From the NCBI GenBank assembly GCA_965232515.1, contig CBDDPY010000002.1, positions 32,001 to 96,000 on the forward strand: DNA of 64,000 nucleotides, in the 5' to 3' direction. Below are positions 19,166 to 28,556 of the stretch, one piece after another. The translations under genes and the position numbers were made by a program. Each line of letters begins with the position of its first letter. Position 1 is the first letter of the stretch. The notes beneath the pieces are model-generated. The model was not told where the DNA came from. It did no database searches and worked only from the letters and a program-made list of their open reading frames with translations. The DNA is from Alphaproteobacteria bacterium (GTDB taxonomy: Bacteria > Pseudomonadota > Alphaproteobacteria > GCA-2731375).

Positions 19166-20242
19166 ATGCGCTTCGTCTTCAAGACCAAATACCAGCAGGA
19201 CATCAACGTCTGGCGGCACCCGGGCGACCTGTTCTGGTACGGCCTGCTGCTGGTCTTGATGCTGCTGGCGCCGCTGGTGTTGGACGATTTCTACATGGGC
19301 GAACTGGCGGCCGTGCTGATCTGGGCCGTGGCCGGCGTCGGCCTCATGCTGCTGGTCGGCTTCACGGGCCTGGTCAGCCTCGGCCACGCGGCGTTTCTCG
19401 GCATCGGCGCCTACACCAACGCCTGGCTTCTGGCGCAGGGCGTGCCGTTCCTGATCAGCTTCCCGGTCGCGGGATTGGCAGCCGCCGCGGCGGGCGTCGC
19501 CATCGGCGTGCCGACACTGCGCATGACCGGCATCTATCTCGCCATCGCCACGCTGGCGTTTGCCATCATCGTCGAGCACATCTTCTCGAAGTGGAGCTCG
19601 GTCACCGGCGGTTTCGACGGCCTGCCCGTCGATGCGCCGGATCTGTTCGGCTACGAGCTCTGGGAACCGTGGGAGTTCTACTACCTCTGTCTCGCGGTGC
19701 TGGTGCTGGTGCTGTGGATGGCGGCGAACGTGCTGCGCTCGCCGTTCGGCCGGGCCATGGTGGCGATCCGCGATTCCGAGATCTCGGCCCAGTCCATGGG
19801 CATCAACCTCGCCTGGACCAAGACGCTGGCCTTCGCCTTCAGCGCCGGCATCACCGGTCTCGGCGGCGCGCTGTTCGGGCACTACGTCCAGCATCTGGCG
19901 CCCGACTCCTTCAACATCCTGCTGTCGATCCAGCTCCTGTTGATGGTCGTGGTCGGCGGCGTCGGCTCGCTGCACGGCGCCATCTTCGGGGCCATGTTCA
20001 TCGGCGTGCTGCCGCAATCGATCGCCATCATGCGCGACTACCTGCCGGCGGCGATCGGCCAGACGCCGGGGCTCGAGCCCGGTATCTTCGGCCTGATCCT
20101 GGTGCTGATCATCCTGTTCGAGCCGCTCGGCATCTACGGCCGCTGGCTCAAGATCAAGCTCTATTTCAATCTCTTCCCGCTCTACAAGAAGGCGACGTTC
20201 AGGCGGCAGAAGGCCTACCTGAAGACCGAGCGGTTGCGATGA
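19166..20242 (+). CDS. livM: Branched-chain amino acid-type ABC permease (LivM family)
   Basis: SLGHAAF, GIYLAIATLAF and GRAMVAIRDSE motifs. Confidence 0.9.
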   Translation: MRFVFKTKYQQDINVWRHPGDLFWYGLLLVLMLLAPLVLDDFYMGELAAVLIWAVAGVGLMLLVGFTGLVSLGHAAFLGIGAYTNAWLLAQGVPFLISFPVAGLAAAAAGVAIGVPTLRMTGIYLAIATLAFAIIVEHIFSKWSSVTGGFDGLPVDAPDLFGYELWEPWEFYYLCLAVLVLVLWMAANVLRSPFGRAMVAIRDSEISAQSMGINLAWTKTLAFAFSAGITGLGGALFGHYVQHLAPDSFNILLSIQLLLMVVVGGVGSLHGAIFGAMFIGVLPQSIAIMRDYLPAAIGQTPGLEPGIFGLILVLIILFEPLGIYGRWLKIKLYFNLFPLYKKATFRRQKAYLKTERLR

Positions 20243-20997
20243 CCTTCTTCCGCGCCGATGCGCTCTCGATCCAGTTCGGCGGCATCCGCGCCGTCGACAA
20301 TGTCTCGTTCGAGGTCGAGCCGGGCGAGGTCTTCACGATCATCGGGCCCAACGGCGCCGGCAAGACCACGATCTTCAACCTGATCAGCCGCATCTACGAC
20401 GCGACCGACGGCCAGCTCACGTTCTGCGACCAGGACATCACCAAGCTGCCGCCGCACCGCATCGCCGGGCTCGGCATCGCCCGCACGTTCCAGAATATCG
20501 AGCTGTTCGAGCATGCGACCGTGCTGCAGAACCTGCTGATCGGCCGGCATTGCCACCGGCGCTCGAACCTGTTCTCCGAGATCCTGTTCCTGCCGTCGGT
20601 GCGCGATATGGAGATCGAACATCGCCGCCGGGTCGAGGATGTGATCGATTTTCTCGATCTGCAGCATTACCGCGAGACCATGATCGCCAGTCTTCCCTAC
20701 GGCGCCCGCAAGGTCGTCGAGCTCGGCCGGGCGCTTTGCACCGAGCCGAAGCTCCTGCTGCTGGACGAACCGTCCTCGGGCCTCAATGTCGAGGAGACCG
20801 AGGACATGGCCTTCTGGATCGAGGACATCAAGAACGATCTCGGCATCACCGTGCTGATGGTCGAGCACGACATGAGCCTGGTCAGCCGCGTCTCCGACCG
20901 CGTGCTGGCGCTGAACTACGGCCAGGTGCTGGCCGAAGGCACGCCCGCCGAAGTGCAGCGCAACGACGAGGTCATCAAGGCCTATATCGGAGGCTAG
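20239..20997 (+). CDS. livG: ABC ATP-binding protein (LivG family)
   Basis: GPNGAGKTT, ARTFQN, LPYG and LLLDEP motifs; ATGA overlap with the previous gene. Confidence 0.92.
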   Translation: MTFFRADALSIQFGGIRAVDNVSFEVEPGEVFTIIGPNGAGKTTIFNLISRIYDATDGQLTFCDQDITKLPPHRIAGLGIARTFQNIELFEHATVLQNLLIGRHCHRRSNLFSEILFLPSVRDMEIEHRRRVEDVIDFLDLQHYRETMIASLPYGARKVVELGRALCTEPKLLLLDEPSSGLNVEETEDMAFWIEDIKNDLGITVLMVEHDMSLVSRVSDRVLALNYGQVLAEGTPAEVQRNDEVIKAYIGG

Positions 20998-20999
20998 GA

Positions 21000-21773
21000 G
21001 TGAGCGAACCGCTTCTGAAGGTCAGCAATATCGAGACCTACTACGGGCCGATCATGGCGATCCGCGGCGTCAGCCTGGAGGTGCCGCAGGGCAAGATCGT
21101 CACCGTGCTGGGCGCCAACGGCGCCGGCAAGACCACGATCCTGAAAACCATCAGCGGCGTCATGGACCCGCGCAAGGGAACGGTCGTGTTCGACGGCCAG
21201 GAGGTGACGCGCCAGAACCCCGACTGGATCATGCGCCAGGGCATCTGCCATGTGCCCGAGGGCCGCGAGGTGTTTCCGTTCCTGTCGGTGCGCGAGAACC
21301 TGATCATGGGCGCCTACACGCGGAACGACCGAGCTGCTATCGCCCGCGACATCGACATGGCCTTCGACTATTTCCCCGTCCTGAAGGAGCGCGCCGACCA
21401 GCGTGCCGGCCAGCTCTCGGGCGGCGAGCAGCAGATGCTGGTGATCAGCCGGGCGCTGATGGGCGAGCCGAAGCTGCTGCTGCTGGACGAGCCATCGCTC
21501 GGCCTGTCGCCGATCCTGGTGAAGCAGATCTTCGAGATCATCGGCCGTATCAACCGCGAGCAGAACGTGACCATGCTGCTCGTCGAGCAGAATGCGCACA
21601 TGGCGCTCAGCACCGCCGACTACGGCTATGTGCTGGAGGTCGGCCGCATCGTCATGGAGGACGACTGCAAGGCGCTGATGGAAAAAGAGGACATCCAGGA
21701 GTTCTATCTCGGCGTCAAGGACGAGGGCGTGCGCGGCAAGCGCCGCTGGAAGCGGAAGAAGCTCTGGCGTTAA
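21000..21773 (+). CDS. livF: ABC ATP-binding protein (LivF family)
   Basis: GANGAGKTT, VPEGR, LSGGEQQM and DEPSLGL motifs; GTG start. Confidence 0.92.
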   Translation: MSEPLLKVSNIETYYGPIMAIRGVSLEVPQGKIVTVLGANGAGKTTILKTISGVMDPRKGTVVFDGQEVTRQNPDWIMRQGICHVPEGREVFPFLSVRENLIMGAYTRNDRAAIARDIDMAFDYFPVLKERADQRAGQLSGGEQQMLVISRALMGEPKLLLLDEPSLGLSPILVKQIFEIIGRINREQNVTMLLVEQNAHMALSTADYGYVLEVGRIVMEDDCKALMEKEDIQEFYLGVKDEGVRGKRRWKRKKLWR

Positions 21774-21802
21774 GACCGTCGGAGCGGGAGTGGGCCCAAC
21801 CA

Positions 21803-23680
21803 ATGAATGACCAGGTAAATAGTCGCAGCGTCACCACCGACCGTGGCGCCAACCTGACGATCTACGAGGACCCCGCCGTCGGCGACACCGTTCCGAAGTT
21901 GTTCTGGTCCCGGGTGCGCGATTGGTCGGACCGCGTGATCATCCGCGAGAAGGACTTCGGCATCTGGCAGGCCATCACCTGGGCCGAGCTCGGCGAGCGC
22001 GCCCGCCATGTCGGCATGGCGCTGCAGTCGATCGGCTTCGGTCAGGGCGATGTCGTCTGCGTTTTGTCGAACAACAAGCCCGAATGGGTCTATGCCGACA
22101 TGGGCACGCTCGGCGTCGGCGGCGTCTGCGCCGGGATCTATCCGACCGACGCGCCGTCCCAGGTCGCTTATCTTGTGAACGACTCCCGTTGCTCGGTGAT
22201 GTTCGTCGAGGACGAGGAGCAGCTCGACAAGGTGCTGCAGGTGCGCGAGCAGTGTCCGACGCTGCGGCGCATCGTGATCTTCGACATGGAGGGCCTTCGC
22301 GAGCTGAACGATCCCATGTGTTCCAGCATGGAAGCGTTCATGGCCGCCGGCGCCGAACATGACGCGGCCAACCCCGGCGCCTGGGAGGCCGCGCTCGAGC
22401 TTGCCAAGCCCGACGACCTCGCGGTCCTTGTCTATACCTCGGGCACGACGGGGCCGCCCAAGGGCGCCATGCTCAGCCACCGCAACGTGGTTTTCCAATG
22501 CGTCAACGGCACGCGGATCCTGCCGGAAGGCGCCGGCGACGAGCGTCTCGCCTTCCTGCCCATGTGCCATGTCGCCGAGCGGGTGCTGGGCTGCTATTAC
22601 GCGCTTTACAGCGGCGCCGTCTCCAATTTCATCGAGAATCCCGACACCGTTCCCGAGAACGTGCGCGAGGTGCAGCCGACCGTGTTCGGCGCCGTGCCGC
22701 GCGTCTGGGAGAAGTTCTATTCCGGCATCATGGTGGCGCTGTCCGATGCGACGCCGCTCCAGCGCTGGGCCTACGAGAAGGCGATCGCCGTCGGCTACCG
22801 CGTCGCCGACCTGCGGCTCGCCGGCGATTCCGTCCCGGCGCTGCTGCAATGGCAGTTCAAGCTGGCGCATTTCCTGGTCTTGAAGAACATCCGCCGGATG
22901 ATCGGCATCGAACGCTGCCGCTGGCTGGTCACGGGCGCGGCGCCGATCTCGCCCGAGCTGATCCGCTGGTACCTGGCGTTGGGCGTCGACATGCTCGAGG
23001 TCTACGGCCAGACCGAATGCACCGGGCTTGCCACCGCCATGCATCCGGCCGAGATCAAGCCGGGCACGATCGGCAAGTCGGTACCCTATGCCGAGGTCGC
23101 GCTGTCGCCCGAGGGCGAGATCCTGCTGCGCGGCGACCACGTCTTCATGGGCTATCTGAACCAGCCCGAGAAGACCGCCGAGACAATCCGCGACGGCTGG
23201 CTGCATACCGGCGATGTTGGCGAGATCGACAACCGGGGCTTCGTCAAGATCACCGACCGCATGAAGGACATCATCATCACCGCGGGCGGCAAGAACATCA
23301 CGCCGAGCGAGATCGAGAACGAGCTGAAGTTCAGCCCCTACATCGCGGACGCCGTGGTGATCGGCGACGCCCGGAAGTACCTCACCTGCCTGATCATGAT
23401 CGACCACGAGAACGTCGAGAAATACGCGCAGGACAACGACGTGCCCTTTACGAACTTCACCAGCCTCACGCGCGCGCCGGAGATCACCAAGCTGATCGGC
23501 GACGAGGTCGAAAAGGCGAACACCAAGTTCGCCCGCGTCGAGACCATCAAGCAGTTCCGCCTGATCGAGCATCAACTCGACCCCGAGGACGAAGAGCTGA
23601 CGCCGACCATGAAGCTGAAACGCAAGTTCGTGAACGAGAAGTACAGCCCCTTGATCGAATCCATGTATCAGGGCGCCTGA
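21803..23680 (+). CDS. Long-chain fatty acid-CoA ligase-like AMP-dependent synthetase
   Basis: YTSGTTGPPKG, YGQTE, LHTGD and LTPTMKLKR motifs. Confidence 0.93.
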   Translation: MNDQVNSRSVTTDRGANLTIYEDPAVGDTVPKLFWSRVRDWSDRVIIREKDFGIWQAITWAELGERARHVGMALQSIGFGQGDVVCVLSNNKPEWVYADMGTLGVGGVCAGIYPTDAPSQVAYLVNDSRCSVMFVEDEEQLDKVLQVREQCPTLRRIVIFDMEGLRELNDPMCSSMEAFMAAGAEHDAANPGAWEAALELAKPDDLAVLVYTSGTTGPPKGAMLSHRNVVFQCVNGTRILPEGAGDERLAFLPMCHVAERVLGCYYALYSGAVSNFIENPDTVPENVREVQPTVFGAVPRVWEKFYSGIMVALSDATPLQRWAYEKAIAVGYRVADLRLAGDSVPALLQWQFKLAHFLVLKNIRRMIGIERCRWLVTGAAPISPELIRWYLALGVDMLEVYGQTECTGLATAMHPAEIKPGTIGKSVPYAEVALSPEGEILLRGDHVFMGYLNQPEKTAETIRDGWLHTGDVGEIDNRGFVKITDRMKDIIITAGGKNITPSEIENELKFSPYIADAVVIGDARKYLTCLIMIDHENVEKYAQDNDVPFTNFTSLTRAPEITKLIGDEVEKANTKFARVETIKQFRLIEHQLDPEDEELTPTMKLKRKFVNEKYSPLIESMYQGA

Positions 23681-23724
23681 TCGCTGTTACACTTGTGCCA
23701 ACCGTGGAATAGGGGAGTGAACGC

Positions 23725-24903
23725 ATGACCACCCGTAAATTGACGGTCGCGCTGCTGTCAGCGGCGGCCGGACTTTCGGCCTTCGGCCTTGCCGCCGGCG
23801 CACAGGCGGCCGGCGTTACCGACAGCGAGATCATCGTCGGCTCGCATTCGGATCTTTCCGGCGTCGCTTCTGTCTGGGGCGCGCCCTCGACGAACGCCAT
23901 GCGGCTGCGCTTCGAGGAAGTCAATAACGCCGGCGGCATCCATGGCCGCAAGATCAGGTTCGTGGTCGAGGACAATCAGTATCAGGTGCCGCGCGCCGTG
24001 CAGGCGGCCAACAAGCTGCTGAACCGCGACAAGATCTTCGTCATGCTGGGCGCGCTGGGCACGCCGATGAACAATGCCGTGATGAAGCGGCAGCTGGCGA
24101 AGAACGTGCCGAACCTGTTCCCGTTCTCATCCTCGAAGGCGATGTCCGAGCCGTTCCATCGCCTCAAGTTCATGCAGCTTTCGTCCTACTACGACCAGAT
24201 CCGGGCCGGCACCAAGCACTTCGTCGAGGTGCGCGGCAAGCAGAAGGTCTGCGCGATGTATCAGGACACCGACTACGGTCGTGAGACGTTCAACGCGGCC
24301 GTCGATCAGCTCGAGTCCATGGGCATGAAGCTGGCGGAATCCTCGGCGCACAAGCCGACCGACGCCGACTTCACGGCCGCCATCGGCAAGCTGCGCAACG
24401 CCGGCTGCGACGCCATCGCCATGGGCACGATCATCAAGGACACGATCCTGCCGGTCGCCACGGCCAAGAAGATCGGCTACGACGTCGAGTTCTTCGGCAA
24501 TGTCGCGACCTACGATCTGTTCGTGTCGGGCGCCAAGGGCGGCGTCACCGAGGGCTACTACGCCATGACCTCGTTCGAGATCGCCTATCCCGACGACCCG
24601 CGGCCCGAAGTGCAGAACTTCGTCAAGAGCTATCGCGACCGCTTCGGCAAGGACCCGAACGGCGCGGCGCAGCTCGGCTATGCCGGCGCCGACATGCTGG
24701 TCTTCGCGCTCGACAAGGCCGGCAAGGACTTGACCGTCGATTCCCTTGTCACCGCGCTCGAGAGCATCAGCAACTACCGCGACCGTTTCGGCGGCCCGAC
24801 GCTCGGCTTCGGTCCCGACGTCCGGCGCGGCACCAATGCCGCATTCCTGGCGCAGGTGCAGAACGGCCGTTGGGTCAGGCTCAGCGACAGCATGAGCTAC
24901 TGA
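23725..24903 (+). CDS. ABC substrate-binding protein (LivK/PBP1-like)
   Basis: Signal peptide; GVTDSEI and GGIHGRKI motifs; operon context. Confidence 0.92.
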   Translation: MTTRKLTVALLSAAAGLSAFGLAAGAQAAGVTDSEIIVGSHSDLSGVASVWGAPSTNAMRLRFEEVNNAGGIHGRKIRFVVEDNQYQVPRAVQAANKLLNRDKIFVMLGALGTPMNNAVMKRQLAKNVPNLFPFSSSKAMSEPFHRLKFMQLSSYYDQIRAGTKHFVEVRGKQKVCAMYQDTDYGRETFNAAVDQLESMGMKLAESSAHKPTDADFTAAIGKLRNAGCDAIAMGTIIKDTILPVATAKKIGYDVEFFGNVATYDLFVSGAKGGVTEGYYAMTSFEIAYPDDPRPEVQNFVKSYRDRFGKDPNGAAQLGYAGADMLVFALDKAGKDLTVDSLVTALESISNYRDRFGGPTLGFGPDVRRGTNAAFLAQVQNGRWVRLSDSMSY

Positions 24904-24925
24904 TCGCGGTCATCACAAGCCAGTC

Positions 24926-24956
24926 GGCGGCCCGGGCGACCAACGCCCGGGCCGTC
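24926..24956 (+). terminator. GC-rich hairpin after the SBP gene (terminator or mRNA stabiliser)
   Basis: CGGCCCGGGCG-accaa-CGCCCGGGCCG; no U-tract. Confidence 0.4.
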
Positions 24957-24982
24957 TGCCATTGCGGGAGGAGAGTGGAATC

Positions 24983-26167
24983 ATGAGCGGTGTGCTTGAC
25001 GGCGTGCGGGTATTGGATTTCGGGCGCTACATCGCCGGCCCCTATTGCGCCACAATGCTGTCGTTTCTCGGCGCCGAGGTCATCCGCATCGAGCGCGTCG
25101 CCGGCAGCGAGGACCGCTACACAACGCCCGTGGGCGAGGGCGCCGGCGCGCTGTTCCTGCAGGTCAACTGCAACAAGCGCGGCCTGACGTTGAACCCGAT
25201 GAAGCCCGAGGGCCGCGAGATCGTCGCCAAGCTCGTCGCCACGGCCGACGTCATCGTCGCCAACATGCCGCCCCAGGCGCTTGCCGACATGGGCCTCGAC
25301 TATGAAACCGTCAGCGCCATCAAACCCGACATCATCCTCACCACCAACACCTGCTACGGCACCGGCGGGCCCTACAGCGATCGCGTCGGCTTCGACGGCA
25401 TCGGTCAGGCCATGTCGGGCGCCATGTACATGTCCGGCCCGGCCGACGAGCCGGTCAAGAGCAATTCGCCCTGGATCGATTTCGCCAGCGCCATGTCGGC
25501 CGCCTACGCGACGCTCGGCGCCCTGATGGAGCGCGAGCGCACGGGCAAGGGCAAGCAGGTCGAGACGGCGCTCGTCGGCACCGGGCTCACCATCGGCAAT
25601 TCGGTGCTGATCGAGCAGGCGGTGATCGAGCGCGACCGCGTCGCCAGCATGAACCGCAGCCAGACTTCGGGCCCGGCCGATACGTTCAAGACCGGCGATG
25701 GCCGCTGGATCCTGGTGCAGACCGTCGGCGATCCCATGTTCAAGCGCTGGTGCGATCTGATCGGCGAGGACCACTGGCTCAACGATCCGCGCTTCAAGGA
25801 CGACATCTCGCGTGGCGACAACGGCGAGGTCATCAGCGCCCGCATGGCCGAATGGTGCGCCGGGCGCACGCTGGACGAGGCGCTGACGGCGCTCGAGGCC
25901 GCCCGCATTCCCGCCGGTCCGGTCTATTCGCCGCAGGAGGCGCTCGACGACCCGCATATCCAGGCCATGGGCTTCCTGCAGCCGACCGCCTATCCCGGCG
26001 TGTCGGTGCCGCCGCCGGTCGCCGGCGCGCCGTTCCGCCCGACGGCCCACGACAGCGGCGTCCGCCACCGCGCCCCGACGCTGGGCGAGCACACCGACGA
26101 GATCCTGGCGTCTCTCGGCTACGGCACGGACGAGATCGCGGCGTTGCGGGAGAAGCGGGTGGTGTGA
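24983..26167 (+). CDS. CoA-transferase family III (CaiB/BaiF)
   Basis: LDGVRVLD..RYIAGP, LGAEVIRIE, NCNKR and APTLGEHT motifs. Confidence 0.94.
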   Translation: MSGVLDGVRVLDFGRYIAGPYCATMLSFLGAEVIRIERVAGSEDRYTTPVGEGAGALFLQVNCNKRGLTLNPMKPEGREIVAKLVATADVIVANMPPQALADMGLDYETVSAIKPDIILTTNTCYGTGGPYSDRVGFDGIGQAMSGAMYMSGPADEPVKSNSPWIDFASAMSAAYATLGALMERERTGKGKQVETALVGTGLTIGNSVLIEQAVIERDRVASMNRSQTSGPADTFKTGDGRWILVQTVGDPMFKRWCDLIGEDHWLNDPRFKDDISRGDNGEVISARMAEWCAGRTLDEALTALEAARIPAGPVYSPQEALDDPHIQAMGFLQPTAYPGVSVPPPVAGAPFRPTAHDSGVRHRAPTLGEHTDEILASLGYGTDEIAALREKRVV

Positions 26168-26255
26168 ACAACGCCGCCGGCTGTCACGCGTATTTCGGTT
26201 CTGTAGGTTATTATCCGCCGGATGATTCGATCAAAGCAGGCGGGAAGGATCGGAC

Positions 26256-27326
26256 GTGCCCCGCAAGGCTGAGAAACCCGTCAGCGCGGTCAGCCTGACG
26301 GCCGTCGTCGTCGCCGTTACCGAGGAGGTGCCGCGCGTGCTGGTCGCCCGGCGCATGCGGCACGATCTGGCGACGCCGGCCCAGCAGGGCGACGGCGAGG
26401 CGGCGATGCCGGGCGACAGCCCGGATACGCTGCCCTACGGCCCTTTCGATCCGGTCCGGCATCGCACGCTGGAGCTGGGTTTGCGCGGCTGGGTTGCCGA
26501 ACAGACCGGCATCGAACTGCCCTACGTGGAACAGCTCTACACCTTCGGCAACCAGTACCGCGATCCGCGCGAACTGACGGGCGAGCCGCGGCTGGTTTCC
26601 GTCGCCTATCTTGTCCTGACCCACGAGACGCCGGTGTCGGGCAGCGGCGAGGCCCACTGGCACGACATTTACGCGTTCCTGCCCTGGGAGGACTGGCGCG
26701 CCGGCCGGCCCACCGTGGTCGACGCGGTGATCCGGCCCAGCCTCGCCCGCTGGGTCGACGCGGCCCGCAGTCCCGCCGCCAAGGCGCGGCGGCGCGAGCG
26801 GGTCGCCATCAGCTTCGGTTTCGACAGCGCCGGGCCCGCCGACGTCGTGCGCACGCTCGATCGCTACGAGCTGCTCTACGAGGCCGGCTTGGTGCTGGAG
26901 GCGCTGCGCGACCGCCGGCAGATGGCGCACGCCACCGGCGGCAAGCCGCCGCGGCAGAGCCGCAAATCAGTCGAGACGGCGGCCGAGGTGGGGGCGCCCA
27001 TGGCCCTCGACAATCGCCGGATTCTCGCCGCCGCGCTGGGACGTATGCGCGGCAAGCTCGCCTACCGGCCCGTCGTGTTTGAGCTGCTGCCGCCCGACTT
27101 CACGCTGCTACAGCTCCAGCGCGTGGTCGAGGCGTTGACCGGCACGCGGCTGCACAAGCAGAACTTCCGCCGCACGATCCAGAACGCCGAGCTGGTCGAG
27201 CCGGTGGGGCGCTATGAGACCGCCGCCCGCGGTCGTCCGGCGGAATTGTTCCGTTTCCGCCGCGACGTCCTGACCGAACGTCCCGCCGTCGGTGTCGGCC
27301 TGCCCGCCATGCGGGCCGCGGAATAG
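26256..27326 (+). CDS. nadQ: NadQ/NrtR-type NAD-synthesis transcriptional regulator (Nudix-like plus wHTH)
   Basis: LPYGPFDP..HRTLE, YVEQLYTFG, LHKQNFRR and GRPA.LFRF motifs; directly upstream of nadABC. Confidence 0.88.
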   Translation: MPRKAEKPVSAVSLTAVVVAVTEEVPRVLVARRMRHDLATPAQQGDGEAAMPGDSPDTLPYGPFDPVRHRTLELGLRGWVAEQTGIELPYVEQLYTFGNQYRDPRELTGEPRLVSVAYLVLTHETPVSGSGEAHWHDIYAFLPWEDWRAGRPTVVDAVIRPSLARWVDAARSPAAKARRRERVAISFGFDSAGPADVVRTLDRYELLYEAGLVLEALRDRRQMAHATGGKPPRQSRKSVETAAEVGAPMALDNRRILAAALGRMRGKLAYRPVVFELLPPDFTLLQLQRVVEALTGTRLHKQNFRRTIQNAELVEPVGRYETAARGRPAELFRFRRDVLTERPAVGVGLPAMRAAE

Positions 27327-27443
27327 GCGACCGCGCCGCCAGTTTCTTTAAGGTTAATCAAGGGCTTGCGCCGCATTCATGCGGGCCGGACTTGCGTCTG
27401 TGTCGTCGCCGCGCAGACGGAAAATTTTTCCTGTTGACATTGA

Positions 27444-27487
27444 TATGCTCGTAGTGAGCATAATTATATATGCTCATATCGAGCATT
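27444..27487. promoter_or_regulatory. Tandem NadQ operator boxes upstream of nadA
   Basis: ATGCTC-N5-GAGCAT at 27445-27461 and 27470-27486; TTGACA at 27434-27439 just upstream. Confidence 0.85.
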
Positions 27488-27540
27488 AACGATGCCGGCC
27501 CAATCCGGCCGGTGTCGCCAACGGGTAGGGACAGGAAACC

Positions 27541-28545
27541 ATGTCACTCGCAGACGCCCCCGACTACACGCCCGAGATCGCGGCCGCGACCGCGCCGATC
27601 TACGAGCGCGTCAAGACCGTGATTCCCGAGATCGAATGGCCGTTCCACGCGCCCTATGTGGACGCCATTAACCGTCTTAAAGCCCAGCGCAACGCCGTGA
27701 TCCTGGCGCACAATTATCAGACGCCGGAGATCTTTCACTGCGTCGCCGACATCGTCGGCGACTCGCTGGCGCTGGCCCGCCGGGCCGTCGATGCCGAGGC
27801 CGACGTCATTGTGCTGGCGGGCGTGCACTTCATGGCCGAGACCGCGAAGCTGCTGAACCCGGAGAAGACCGTGCTGATCCCGGACGCGCGGGCCGGCTGC
27901 TCGCTCGCCGAGTCGATAACCGGTGCCGACGTGCGGTTGCTCCGCGAACGCTATCCCGGCGTACCGATCGTGACCTACGTGAATACCTCGGCCGAGGTGA
28001 AGGCCGAGTCGGATATCTGCTGCACCTCGGGCAACGCCGTGAAGGTCGTCGAGTCGCTCGGCACCGACCGGGTGATCTTCCTGCCCGATGAATACCTCGC
28101 CAAATACGTCGCGACCCAGACCGATGTCGAGATCATCGCCTGGCAGGGCCATTGCGAGGTGCACGAGCGTTTCACCGGCAAGGAAATTGAGAATTACCGC
28201 AAGGGCGTCGATGGCCTGGTCGTCATCGCGCACCCCGAATGCCCGCCCGACGTGCTGGCGGCCGCCGACTTCGTCGGTTCGACCGCGCAGATGATCAGCC
28301 ATGTGCGCGACAAGCGGCCGCCCAAGGTGCTGATGGTCACTGAATGCTCGATGAGCGACAACGTCGCCGCCGAGGTGCAGGACGTCGAGTTCATCCGGCC
28401 GTGCAATCTGTGCCCGCACATGAAGCGGATCACGCTCGCCAACATCCACGAGTCGCTGTTGACGCTGACGCCGAAGGTCGAGATCGACCCGGCCGTCGCC
28501 GAACGCGCCCGTGGCGCCGTCGAACGCATGCTGGCGATCGGCTAG
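27541..28545 (+). CDS. nadA: Quinolinate synthase A
   Basis: ILAHNYQ, GVHFMAE, AGCSLA, CEVH, AHPEC and CPHMK motifs. Confidence 0.97.
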   Translation: MSLADAPDYTPEIAAATAPIYERVKTVIPEIEWPFHAPYVDAINRLKAQRNAVILAHNYQTPEIFHCVADIVGDSLALARRAVDAEADVIVLAGVHFMAETAKLLNPEKTVLIPDARAGCSLAESITGADVRLLRERYPGVPIVTYVNTSAEVKAESDICCTSGNAVKVVESLGTDRVIFLPDEYLAKYVATQTDVEIIAWQGHCEVHERFTGKEIENYRKGVDGLVVIAHPECPPDVLAAADFVGSTAQMISHVRDKRPPKVLMVTECSMSDNVAAEVQDVEFIRPCNLCPHMKRITLANIHESLLTLTPKVEIDPAVAERARGAVERMLAIG

Positions 28546-28556
28546 GCGGGTCCGTC

